Shown here: positions 1 through 11,874 of the stretch, piece after piece | Position numbering within the stretch: position 1 is the stretch's first letter | Layout: each line of letters begins with the position of its first letter | Source of the DNA: Candidatus Marsarchaeota archaeon | GTDB taxonomy: Archaea; Micrarchaeota; Micrarchaeia; Micrarchaeales; CABMGC01 | Direction of reading: 5' to 3' | Assembly (NCBI GenBank): GCA_023476545.1 | Contig: JAMCYP010000014.1 | Coordinates: forward strand, 2,297-66,296 | Length of the DNA stretch: 64,000 nt | Notes under the pieces: generated by a model | The model's input: only the letters and a program-made list of their open reading frames with translations | What the model was told of the DNA's origin: nothing | The model's database searches: none | Program-made: the position numbers and the translations under genes

Positions 1-2789
<2,789 letters not shown>

Positions 2790-2793
<4 letters not shown>

Positions 2794-4619
2794 TCCTCCA
2801 TTCCCACCTGCGGCCTTATGTGCAGGCTCTTTATCTCGTCAAGTAGCAGCTTGAACGCGTAGCTTATCTCCACATCGGAGAGCTTGTTGCTTCCGCAGAG
2901 AGGGCAGACCTCCACGCGCTTTGCGAAGTCGTGGTAGCCTATGCTGCCGCACTCCTTGCATATTAGCACCGTTGCCTTGTCGCTCTGGTCGAGCATTCGC
3001 TCCTTGAGCAGCAGGCTCGCTCCGTATGCTACGAGTACGTCTCGTTCCATCTCTCCGAACCTGAGTCCTCCGAGCCTCGCCTTTCCTTCGGTAGGCTGGT
3101 GGGTGAGTATCTGCACAGATCCCCTCGACCTTACCTGCATCTTGTTGCTGACCATGTGGTGCAGTCTGTTGTAGTAGACCACTCCCTGGAAGATCTTTGA
3201 CTTGAAAGGCCTGCCGGTCACGCCGTCATATAGCACCTCCTCGCCGTACTTGTCGAACCCGTGCGCCTCGAGAAGCTTTCCATACTCCTCTATTCTTGTG
3301 GTGCCCTTCTCCGAGAAGGCCGTCCCGTCCATCCTTGTGCCCTTCATGGCACCGGCCTTGGCGCCGAGCGTCTCAAGCAGGTGGCCGAAGGTCATTCTCG
3401 CAGGTATGCTATGAGGGTTGAACATCAGGTCTGGCACCACTCCCTGCTCGGTGAATGGCATGTCCTCGTGAGGAACCACGAGCGCGACCACTCCCTTCTG
3501 CCCGTGCCTGCTTCCGAACTTGTCCCCGGCTTCAGGTACTCTCAGGCTCCTGACCCTTACCTTTACGGTCCTTGTCGCTCCAGGCGACTCGGTGAATATG
3601 ACACCGTCTACGACTCCGTTGTCTCCTGGCTTCAGCGAGACCGAGTCGTCTCTGGTCTTCTCCTCAAGTCCTCCGGCTCCTATGCTCTCTTCCAGGAATC
3701 TAGGCGGTGCGACCTTGCCTATAAGCACGTCGCCCTCGCCGACGTTCATCTCCGGCTCTATTACTCCGTCGTCGCTAAGTTTGGAGTAGGCGTGTTCGCC
3801 GAGATAGCCCTCGGTTGTCGCTGGCGGTACCTTTATCAGGTCCTTCTGCCCTCCAGGATACCTCCTCTCCTCGTCCGAATACATCTTGTAGAACATGCTT
3901 CTTGCCAGGCCCCTATCCACTGCCGCCTTGTTGAGCACAACCGCGTCCTGCATGTTGTAGCCGTAGTAGGTTGAGGTTGCGACCACGAAGTTCTGGCCCG
4001 ATGCGTGCTTGCTCAGCTTCATGCTCTCGTAAGCTGTCGTGGTTATCATCGGAGCCTGCGGATAGAAGAGTATGAATGCCCTGGACTCGAACCTCAGGTT
4101 GAAGTTAGTAGCGTAAAGGCCCTGCGCCTGCTTGATGTAGCTCGCGAACATGAGGTGTCGCGGTGCGCTGTTCATCTCTGGGAATGGGGCTGTGTTGACA
4201 GTCACTCCGAATATCGAGACCGGATCCACCTCCAGGTGCGTGCTCTTCTCTGTTATGTCGGCCTCTGTCATCGCGACCAGCGCGTTCTCCTCCTCTTCAG
4301 CGTCTAGGAACTCGATTATCCCGTTCCTTATCAGGTAGCCGAAGTCCACCTCCTTCTTCTCCATCTTCTCTGCTATCTCCTTGGTCAGCTTTGACTTGCC
4401 GTTCTCGACAAGCACGTACGGCTTCCTTACTCTGCCCCTGTCGGTGTTGATGTGGACCTCGTTCAGCTTCTCCAGGTAGGCGACGTTTATCTCTCCAGAG
4501 AACACGCCCTTGCGCCTGGCTGCCCTTACCTCGCCGACGTAGGCGAACGGGTCGGCCACGTAGCCGATCGCCCTTCCGTTAAGGTGAACATAACATTTCT
4601 CGCTTACCTTCCTTGCCAT
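2790..4619 (-). CDS. rpoB1: DNA-directed RNA polymerase subunit B' (C-terminal half of split B)
   Basis: 609 aa with GDKFGSRHGQKG, RFGEMERD and a C-terminal CKECG...CPLCG zinc ribbon. 4-nt overlap with rpoA1. Confidence 0.97.
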
Positions 4620-4623
4620 GCGA

Positions 4624-6099
4624 TCAATCCTCCTCTATCTTGCCAAGCTCCTTGAGCTTGCCCTCCACGAGTTTCTCGTCTGCCCCGACGCTTACCTTGG
4701 CCATTATGGCAAGATATTTCGTAAGTCCTACGTCGAGTCCTTCCGGGGTCTCTGACAGGCAGATCTTCCCCCACTGCGTGCCGTGAACCTCTCTTGCGTT
4801 GAAGTGAGGATGCTTCTTCGCAAGCGGCGACTTTACTCGCCTCAGGTTCGTGTATGTGCTGACAAGGTTCGTCCTGTCAAGCACCTGCGACACTCCCGTC
4901 TGTCCGGCAACCCATGTGCCGGTTCCCATCGCGTAGCTTATCTTCTCTGTTATTGTCTCTGGGCTGATTATCGTAGGTATGCTGAGCTTCCTGCCCCTTG
5001 CGCTCGCCCTCTCTATCTGGTACTTAACGTCCTTGACGAAGAACCTGAACGCGTATGCGAAGAGCTCTTCCATGAGCTGGCCCGCGTACTTGACTCGCTT
5101 GTTTGAGTAGTGGTCCTTGTCGTCCTGCGGCGCGAGCTTGTTTGCAACTATGCTCGTGCGCCTCGCCATCTGAAGCAGGTATCTGCCCTTGGCCTTCCTG
5201 TCCTCAGGCTTTGTGCCTATGTGAGGCAGAAGGTAGGTGTCAATCTGCGTCTCTGCGCGCTTGACCTGGTACTCCTTTGCCTGGCCGGGCGCGGAGAGCT
5301 TCCCCATCTCGAGCAGCGAGTCGCTTGGGCCGAGCTCCTTGACGTCCCCCTGCTCAGTGTTCAGAAGCATGTCGTTCCTGTACTGGGGCACGTCGCTCGC
5401 GGATTCTACCATGTCTGCGACCTGCATTCCAAGGGCGCGCAGCAGCAGCGTCATGCCAACGGCCTTGTGCAGCGTGGGGAACTCGACGCTGAATATACCG
5501 TTCTGGTTCCTCGAGACTACGGTCCTCGCCCTGAAGCCCGGAGCAGTTGAGAATACCTTGCTTGTAGTCTCAGCGCCGCCCTTCTCCTTGCTCGTGATTA
5601 TCCTATTAGGCGCCAGGTCCTCCAGGCCGATCAGCACACGTTCGGTGCCCTTGATTATGAAGTAGCCGCCAGGGTCTTCCGGATCCTCCCCGTTCTCTAT
5701 GAGCTGGTTCTTTGTAAGCGTTCTGAAGTGGCAGAGATTGCTCCTGACCACTATGGGCAGCTCGCCGACGAAGACCTCTCCGTACGACGCCTCCTTCTCT
5801 ATGCCTCTTATGACTGGCACGAACTCGAGGAACATTGGCGAGGAGTATGTGAGGTTCCTGAGCCTAGCCTCGTTAGGCAGTATGCTCCTCCTCGAGCTGT
5901 CGGCCTCTATTACCGACGGCTTGTCCAGCCTTATCTTTCCGAGCTTGAGCGAGAAGCCTTCCACGCTAGGCTCTATCGTCCCCTGCTGGTCTATTATCTT
6001 CTGTATGTCCTGCTCTGCGAAACGGTTGAAACTGTCGATCTGGTGCTGAACCAGAGAGTTGGAACTAAGGTAGGATTCCAATATAGTGTTCTTTCTCAT
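4624..6099 (-). CDS. rpoB2: DNA-directed RNA polymerase subunit B'' (N-terminal half of split B)
   Basis: 491 aa with typical RpoB N-terminal blocks (SFNRF, GYFIIKGTERV). Ends 4 nt upstream of the rpoB1 start. Confidence 0.96.
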   Translation of the reverse strand: MRKNTILESYLSSNSLVQHQIDSFNRFAEQDIQKIIDQQGTIEPSVEGFSLKLGKIRLDKPSVIEADSSRRSILPNEARLRNLTYSSPMFLEFVPVIRGIEKEASYGEVFVGELPIVVRSNLCHFRTLTKNQLIENGEDPEDPGGYFIIKGTERVLIGLEDLAPNRIITSKEKGGAETTSKVFSTAPGFRARTVVSRNQNGIFSVEFPTLHKAVGMTLLLRALGMQVADMVESASDVPQYRNDMLLNTEQGDVKELGPSDSLLEMGKLSAPGQAKEYQVKRAETQIDTYLLPHIGTKPEDRKAKGRYLLQMARRTSIVANKLAPQDDKDHYSNKRVKYAGQLMEELFAYAFRFFVKDVKYQIERASARGRKLSIPTIISPETITEKISYAMGTGTWVAGQTGVSQVLDRTNLVSTYTNLRRVKSPLAKKHPHFNAREVHGTQWGKICLSETPEGLDVGLTKYLAIMAKVSVGADEKLVEGKLKELGKIEED

Positions 6100-6112
6100 T
6101 GGATCTTGCCGT

Positions 6113-6343
6113 TTATTTCTCGACCACGTACCTGTAGTGCTTGTAGCTCTTGCCGAAGTCCTCCCTCTCTATCTCTATCACGTCGCCAGGTTTGGCTTCG
6201 AGCTTCTTCGCCTGCGGATCGGTCACGAGTATCTTGGGGAGGTTGTGCGTTCCTATGCCCAACGATGACAGCATCGCGCTGACATCGGTGTGGCTCATGA
6301 TTTTGTGTATTGGTACGAGCTCGTGTTCCCGTTTACTCAACAA
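6113..6343 (-). CDS. rpoH: DNA-directed RNA polymerase subunit H (Rpb5 homolog)
   Basis: 76 aa with HELVPIHKIM...LPKILVTDPQAK...YRYVV. TTG start preceded by AGGTGG; first gene of the rpo operon. Confidence 0.9.
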   Translation of the reverse strand: MLSKREHELVPIHKIMSHTDVSAMLSSLGIGTHNLPKILVTDPQAKKLEAKPGDVIEIEREDFGKSYKHYRYVVEK

Positions 6344-6550
6344 TCCACCTAAAAGAAGGGTAGGACTAACGTTATCGAGAGTCTAAAGTAGTATAAGTAG
6401 GGAAAGGTATATATAGATGTTCATACGCGCGGAGAGTGCCGGTATTGACAGCCAGCATGCCTGCGTCTTTAGAGGGTTGCGGCGATTACGAGTGCCTCAA
6501 CGCCTGGAGCAGATCGCTCCTCTGGCGCTCTATCTCTCTGAGTATCTTGC

Positions 6551-6745
6551 TTACCTCCCTTGCCCCAGTGCCTCTTTGTTCTTGCCGCGCAGGTCTACCT
6601 GAGTGGAATGTGTGCCGTTCTTCTCCCTCATCAAGGCGTGGTCCCCTCTCATGCGCACAACGTCGAATCCCTGCCTGCCGAGTGCTTTTACCGTATCTCT
6701 TCCAGAGACCACGATTCGGCTGTTGCCACCATCCCTTTTGGGCAT
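6551..6745 (-). CDS. hicA: HicA/YcfA-like toxin domain protein, possibly frameshifted
   Basis: 64 aa: VVSGRDTVKALGRQGFDVVRMRGDHALMRE fits the HicA pattern (vsGke..kaL.k.GF..vRq.GSH). The C-terminal family segment appears only in a shifted frame (see findings). Confidence 0.6.
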   Translation of the reverse strand: MPKRDGGNSRIVVSGRDTVKALGRQGFDVVRMRGDHALMREKNGTHSTQVDLRGKNKEALGQGR

Positions 6746-6773
6746 AATCTTCTCTGCGATGATGTTATGGAAC

Positions 6774-6779
6774 TATATA
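6774..6779 (-). promoter_or_regulatory. TATA-box candidate for hicA
   Basis: The minus strand reads cctatatagtt, 29-34 nt upstream of the hicA ATG (6745). Confidence 0.4.
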
Positions 6780-7111
6780 GGTGTTACTTTTGTTTTCGCA
6801 AAATGAGCACAAGGACATTGACAAACTTCGACGTACAGTGTGACTGTAGAAAATGCTTAAATATCAGGAGATGCATATTAACTTTAGGTTGAGGCAATGG
6901 CAAACATTCAGGAATACGTGCCCAAGTGGTCGGTGTCCGACAACGGTACACCGAGGTCATTCGGTTACTGAAAGCCACGGCCTAAGAACACAACCCTTCT
7001 TTTAACAAATCTCGCTCGGCGCGGGTTCGGGGATCCTGCTGCTGAGACCGTTAAACAAAAAGCAAGCGCCATCTCTGGCTGCTGCTCCTTGGCTTGGCAA
7101 ACGAAAGGTGA

Positions 7112-7387
7112 ATGGAAATGATGGACGATGATGTGTTTGAACTGCGTGAGATGCTTGCACGGCGCTGCGCCGTATGCGAGCGCGAGCTTGCAGAAGGCGA
7201 GGAGAGGGTCATCCTGCCTGCATATGTCCAGGAACGCGACGCATACGTACGCGACGGAATGGCAGATCAGAGGATAGCGTGCGTCGAGTGCGCCATGAGC
7301 CTGAAGCACAAGGAGAAAACAAGGATGCACACTACAAGAGCCAGCGAGGAGAAGCGCGTGATGGCCTTCCTTCGCATGCTGCAGTGA
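7112..7387 (+). CDS. hypothetical small protein with two CxxC pairs (zinc-ribbon-like)
   Basis: 91-aa ORF, CAVCERE...CVECAM, with GGTGA just upstream of three clustered ATGs. It is the only plausible gene in the 6746-7472 gap. Confidence 0.4.
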   Translation: MEMMDDDVFELREMLARRCAVCERELAEGEERVILPAYVQERDAYVRDGMADQRIACVECAMSLKHKEKTRMHTTRASEEKRVMAFLRMLQ

Positions 7388-7481
7388 ATGACTGGCGCTG
7401 CCGCTCCTCTTCGGCAGCGCTAACTTAATATAAACTGTAAGCGGAATAGGCTCACGGACTGCAGGTGATCTATTGCTCGTA

Positions 7482-8447
7482 ATGGGAATTGAGAGCAGCG
7501 CGCATACGTTCGGCGTTGGGATAGTAGATAATGGCAGAATGCTCGCCAACGAGAAGATGATGTACGACGTTGGGACGCACGGCATGATACCGGCGAAGGT
7601 AGCTGAGACGCACGTGAAGAACGCGGGTACGGTAATAGAGACGGCGCTGGGCAAGGCAAAAGTCTCGATGAGGGAGATAGAAGGCGTAGGCTACACGAAG
7701 GGACCTGGCATAGGGGCATGCCTGCAGATCGGACAGCTTGCTGCAAAGACGATAGCAATAGGGCTCGGGGTGAAGATAACCCCGGTCAACCACGCAGTCG
7801 CGCATGTGGAGATAACGAAACATGAGTCGAAGATGAAGGACCCAATAGCACTATACGTGAGCGGCGGCAACTCGCAGATACTGAAGCTCGCCCAAACGCC
7901 ATTCCCGCATTATCAGATCCTTGGTGAGACGTTCGACGTGGGAGTCGGCAACATGCTTGACGCATTTGCGCGCGAGATAAAACTGAAGCCAGCGTGGGGC
8001 TCTACTGTTGCGAAGCTGGCGGCAAACGGCAGGTACGTGGAGATGCCGTACACGGTGAAGGGCATGGACTTCGCGTTCACCGGCTTGCTGACATACGCGT
8101 CTGAGCTGGCGGGGAAGAGAAGCAACGAGGATCTCTGCTACTCGATACAGGAGACCTCGTTTTCGATGCTGTGCGAAGCAACCGAGCGTGCGCTGCTCTT
8201 GACAAACAGCGACGAACTCGAGCTATGCGGAGGCGTAGCCCAGAGCTCAAGGCTGCAGGAGATGCTGAGAAGCGTTTGCAAGGAGCATGGAATGAGGTTC
8301 GGTGTCGCCAAGAACGAGTATAACGCAGACAACGGCGGCATGATAGCATACGTGGCGGAACGCATGTTGAAGAAAGGCGCATCGGAAACGATAGCCAAAT
8401 GCGACATACAGCAGAAGTACAGGATAGACAAGGCGGTGGTGGTATGA
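7482..8447 (+). CDS. kae1: tRNA N6-adenosine threonylcarbamoyltransferase Kae1 (KEOPS)
   Basis: MGIESSAHTFGVGIV... N-terminus and ASKHA-fold blocks (YVSGGNSQ, CGGVAQS). Start taken at ATG 7482 inside the 7473 ORF. Confidence 0.95.
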   Translation: MGIESSAHTFGVGIVDNGRMLANEKMMYDVGTHGMIPAKVAETHVKNAGTVIETALGKAKVSMREIEGVGYTKGPGIGACLQIGQLAAKTIAIGLGVKITPVNHAVAHVEITKHESKMKDPIALYVSGGNSQILKLAQTPFPHYQILGETFDVGVGNMLDAFAREIKLKPAWGSTVAKLAANGRYVEMPYTVKGMDFAFTGLLTYASELAGKRSNEDLCYSIQETSFSMLCEATERALLLTNSDELELCGGVAQSSRLQEMLRSVCKEHGMRFGVAKNEYNADNGGMIAYVAERMLKKGASETIAKCDIQQKYRIDKAVVV

Positions 8448-9031
8448 GGAAGCTGAGCGAGGGGGCGGAGGCGAAGGTCTTCAGCACACGGCTGTTCGGC
8501 GTCGATGCCGTGGTGAAGCAGAGACACGCGAAGGCTTATAGAATAAAGGAGCTTGATGAGACCCTGAGGGCGACACGCACAAAGAAAGAGGCGAAAGCGA
8601 TGCTGCGCGCCTACGAAGCAGGAGTCAATGTTCCGAGAATCTTGGGAGTCGGTAAATTCTCGATATACATGGAGAGGAAGAGCGGCAGGCTTATGAAAGA
8701 CTCGCGGATGAAAGATATGGATTTCAGGAAGCTAGGAAGCCTGCTGGCCTTGATGCACGGTGCAGACGTGGTGCACGGGGACTTCACCCCGGCCAACGTA
8801 ATGATCCACGGAAAGGAGCTGTGCGTGATCGATTTCGGGCTCTCGGACATAAGCAGCAGCGTTGAGGACAAGGCACTCGATCTGCTCCTGATGAAACGGT
8901 CCGTAGGAGAACCACAGTACAGGATCTTCGCGAGGGCTTACGCTAAAGGCCTTTCCAATTCGAAGCAGATACTCGCAAGGCTTGCAGAGGTTGAACGCAG
9001 GGGACGCTACCAAACGCGAACTCTCGCGTGA
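8444..9031 (+). CDS. bud32: Bud32 (KEOPS) atypical small protein kinase
   Basis: MRKLSEGAEAKVF...VVKQRHAKAYR...VVHGDFTPANVMI...IDFGLS. The ATG overlaps the kae1 stop (ATGA), so the genes are adjacent and unfused. Confidence 0.9.
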   Translation: MRKLSEGAEAKVFSTRLFGVDAVVKQRHAKAYRIKELDETLRATRTKKEAKAMLRAYEAGVNVPRILGVGKFSIYMERKSGRLMKDSRMKDMDFRKLGSLLALMHGADVVHGDFTPANVMIHGKELCVIDFGLSDISSSVEDKALDLLLMKRSVGEPQYRIFARAYAKGLSNSKQILARLAEVERRGRYQTRTLA

Positions 9032-9083
9032 CTACAGTTCGCCGACCCTCCTCTTCTGGGCCCTCTTCATTCTCTTCCTGCGC

Positions 9084-9129
9084 TTCTTCTTCCACTTCCA
9101 GCGCATCCTTCCTTTCTTCTTCCACTTCC
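9084..9129. repeat. perfect 16-nt direct repeat ttcttcttccacttcc (x2, 30-nt period) inside a ~90-nt polypyrimidine tract
   Basis: Copies read by eye at 9084-9099 and 9114-9129; the surrounding 9040-9130 is almost pure C/T on the + strand. Confidence 0.7.
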
Positions 9130-9185
9130 TAGGTATGCTTCCCAAGCGTAAACACCAACGATGTCAACATCATTTTTATTAGTGT

Positions 9186-9194
9186 CTATTTATA
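9186..9194 (+). promoter_or_regulatory. TATA-box candidate (CTATTTATA)
   Basis: 16-24 nt upstream of GTG 9210. The same 9-mer recurs upstream of 12798 and 13368 on the minus strand. Confidence 0.4.
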
Positions 9195-9209
9195 TTAAGC
9201 TGTGGTTCG

Positions 9210-10001
9210 GTGCACAAAGGCATAGCTGCGTATTTCATCATATTGGTGCTGCTAGTCATAGCCGCGTTCTACCTGTACTCATCGGGCAGCGGAGGCAAGC
9301 ACCAGACCAGCACCATAACCACGTTCACAACAGTGCCAGGTTCGAACACCACGTTCACAACCACCATAGCCGGAGGGACCTCCAACTCCAGCACAACCAC
9401 GCAGAGCACGAGTACCGTGTACTATGCGGGATGCGTGTCCGGCAGCCCTTCCGTACAGATACCTAACGGCAACTTCTCAACTGGAACGTACGCAGACTGG
9501 ACGGAATACGGGCCGGGCTTCGGTTCTGCGCCGTTGAATCTCAGCAACGCGAACAACCAGGGATCGTACTATGCTGCCCCATGGAACGGATACAACGGCA
9601 ACTACGCAGCGACTACATACACCACTGGGACCGCTCTGCAGGCGGGCAACCTCACCTCTAAGCCTTTCTCTGTGACGCAGCTCTATCTCAACTTCAAGAT
9701 CGTGTCCTCGGCGAGCTCATCGCTGTATGTTGAGATACTCAGGGACAACAAGAGCGTGATAATCACGCACTACAACACCTACACATCGCCTCCAGGAATC
9801 GAAAACCAGCAGAGCACATTCGTGAACGCAAGCATACCGCTGGCCTCATTCCTCTGCCAGAATGTAAGCATCAGACTTGTAGCAGGGGTCACGGGATCTT
9901 CGGAACTGGGCAAAGGGTACATTGCGGCAGGAGACTTCTATCTGAGCAAGACGCCTGGCACAAACCTGAGCCAGCCTGCAAACCAGACTATATCGGGCTA
10001 G
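9210..10001 (+). CDS. membrane-anchored Ser/Thr-rich putative surface glycoprotein
   Basis: 263 aa: N-terminal TM (AAYFIILVLLVIAAFYLY), a T/S-rich stalk, then an N/Y/G-rich domain with 10 N-x-S/T sequons counted by eye. GTG start. Confidence 0.7.
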   Translation: MHKGIAAYFIILVLLVIAAFYLYSSGSGGKHQTSTITTFTTVPGSNTTFTTTIAGGTSNSSTTTQSTSTVYYAGCVSGSPSVQIPNGNFSTGTYADWTEYGPGFGSAPLNLSNANNQGSYYAAPWNGYNGNYAATTYTTGTALQAGNLTSKPFSVTQLYLNFKIVSSASSSLYVEILRDNKSVIITHYNTYTSPPGIENQQSTFVNASIPLASFLCQNVSIRLVAGVTGSSELGKGYIAAGDFYLSKTPGTNLSQPANQTISG

Positions 10002-10431
10002 GCTCGGTCGCGCTCTCCGCTTCTCCGGAGTTTCTTCCCCCGCGCTTCGCCTGCCTCCCCGTGTTTGCGTTCGCAAAGAGCACATCAGCGTCTTCGCCGT
10101 CGTTGTGGTCCATCCACGCCTTTATGTAGAGTGCTATGTTCTTGAAGGGCTTGGAGTACCTGTCTGTAAAGCTGTAGGCGCTCTCCTCGTGCTTTAGCAT
10201 CCCGACGTTCACGCCGTAATCCAGGTACCTCTTCCACGTGGCAATCGGCAGGGAGGCGTCGCAGTCCTTGAGCCTCAGCGGCTGCTTCTTCTTCACCTCA
10301 AGCAGAGCCTTCGCAAACCTGTATGCCCGAGTCTCGTTCTCGAAGTATATCTTTGCCAGTTCGCGCACGTTTGGGCTCTTAAGCTTCTCCCTGAGCGGTG
10401 CGTCTTCGAACTCCCAATACTTGATCGCCAT
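9988..10431 (-). CDS. hypothetical protein (possible winged-helix)
   Basis: 147-aa ORF with coding-like composition; no motif I can name. 14-nt convergent overlap with the previous gene. Confidence 0.5.
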   Translation of the reverse strand: MAIKYWEFEDAPLREKLKSPNVRELAKIYFENETRAYRFAKALLEVKKKQPLRLKDCDASLPIATWKRYLDYGVNVGMLKHEESAYSFTDRYSKPFKNIALYIKAWMDHNDGEDADVLFANANTGRQAKRGGRNSGEAESATEPSPI

Positions 10432-10504
10432 ACTTCGTATTCCATGGTTTAGAAATTTTAAGCTTTCTGTCAGGTCAGTAGTTGCCTGTGTGTTTTGATG
10501 GTAC

Positions 10505-11803
10505 TCACTTGGGCATGAACTTCGAGAACTGCTTGCGTACGTTGCGGTCGTTCTTCATGAGCTTGTACATCTTCTTCATCTTGTTGAAGTCGGCTATCAT
10601 CTCTCTCACCTCCTTCTCAGTGGAGCCGCTTCCGTTGGCTATGCGCTTTATTCTGTTAGACTGGCTTATCAGGCTGCCTTCCTCCCTCTCCTGAGGCGTC
10701 ATCGAGTCTATTATCGACTTGTACCTCTTGAGCTTGTTCTCGCTCTGCTCCAACGCCTCCTTTGGCGCGGAGACGCCCAGGGACGACATCATTCCGCTCA
10801 GCGGACCCATCTTATTAAGCGCCTTGAGCTGCGTGTAGAATGTGCTGTAGCTCAGTTCATCGCTCTGCATCTCCTCCGGCTTGACGTTCGCGTCCTTTAT
10901 CGCCTGCTGCACATTGGCCACTAGCGACTCGAGGTCAGGCATGCCCAGAAGCCTTCCGACAAACTTCTTAGAGTCGTATAGTTCGAGCGCGTTGAGCTTC
11001 TCTCCAGTTCCTATGAACTCTATGCCCACCTTGGCAGCGCTTACTGCGCTGAGTGCGCCGCCGCCCTTCCCAGACCCGTCCAGCTTGGTGACAATGACTC
11101 CGGTAAGCTTCACCGCGTTGTCGAACTCGCTGGCCTGCTTGCCCGCGACCTGACCTGTGTCCGCATTGATTACAAGCGTTTTCTCGTCGGGTTTGAACTC
11201 AGCGACCAGGACCTTCAGCTGCTCTATCAGCTCGGAGTCCAGCGCGTTCCGGCCGCTCGTGTCGCAGATTAGCACCTTCTTGTCCTTCAGCGCCGATTTC
11301 GCCTCCTTTATTATCTTCCTTACGTCGCTTTCTCCCTTTATCCCGAAGAATCCGACTCCGGCCTGCTTAGCGAGAGTCTCGAGCTGCTCGTATGCTGCTG
11401 GCCTGGATACGTCGCAGGCTATCAGCGCGCTTGACAGGCCGCGCTCCTGGTAGTACCTGGCTAGCTTTGCCGATGTGGTCGTCTTTCCAGAACCGTACAG
11501 GCCTAGAAGCAGTATCCGCTTCGGCTTCATTACCGGCTCGAACGATTCGCCCATGAGGCTGATGAGCTGTTCGTAGAGCATGTTGGTTATGTAGTCCTTT
11601 GCGCTTACTCCGCCGGGGATTTTCTCCTTCAGGGCTGCGTCCTCGAGCTTCTTTGTGAGCGCGAGCACCAGCTCCACGTTCACGTCCGCGGATATGAGGG
11701 CGCGCTGCAGCTCCTTGTTGAACTCGCGTATCGTCTTGGCGTCGATAATCGTAGCTCCTGTAAGCCTTGCAATCGCTTTTCTTAGCCCTTCGCCCAAGTC
11801 CAT
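10505..11803 (-). CDS. srp54: signal recognition particle protein SRP54
   Basis: GLYGSGKTTTSAKLARYY, DTSGR, a Met-rich M domain (GMMSSLG, FNKMKKMYKLM). Start taken at MDLGEGL (ATG 11803). Confidence 0.95.
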   Translation of the reverse strand: MDLGEGLRKAIARLTGATIIDAKTIREFNKELQRALISADVNVELVLALTKKLEDAALKEKIPGGVSAKDYITNMLYEQLISLMGESFEPVMKPKRILLLGLYGSGKTTTSAKLARYYQERGLSSALIACDVSRPAAYEQLETLAKQAGVGFFGIKGESDVRKIIKEAKSALKDKKVLICDTSGRNALDSELIEQLKVLVAEFKPDEKTLVINADTGQVAGKQASEFDNAVKLTGVIVTKLDGSGKGGGALSAVSAAKVGIEFIGTGEKLNALELYDSKKFVGRLLGMPDLESLVANVQQAIKDANVKPEEMQSDELSYSTFYTQLKALNKMGPLSGMMSSLGVSAPKEALEQSENKLKRYKSIIDSMTPQEREEGSLISQSNRIKRIANGSGSTEKEVREMIADFNKMKKMYKLMKNDRNVRKQFSKFMPK

Positions 11804-11844
11804 GCTCTGCACTTTTATTTTGGGTAATATATTGCCTCTCAATG

Positions 11845-11852
11845 TTTAAATA
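11845..11852 (+). promoter_or_regulatory. TATA-box candidate (TTTAAATA)
   Basis: 23-30 nt upstream of ATG 11875; fits a leaderless arrangement. Confidence 0.4.
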
Positions 11853-11874
11853 CAGTCACAGCACAGAAGCGATC

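Noticed and set aside
6965-7654. 229-aa minus-strand ORF spanning the hicA-kae1 gap
   Set aside because: It overlaps the kae1 5' end and the 91-aa + ORF. Its Cys/Pro/Ser/Leu-rich composition has no domain pattern, so it is probably a shadow frame.
8943-9125. 60-aa acidic minus-strand ORF (GTG start) after bud32
   Set aside because: Its C-terminal half is antisense to bud32. The acidic run merely reflects the polypyrimidine tract, which is kept as a repeat observation instead.
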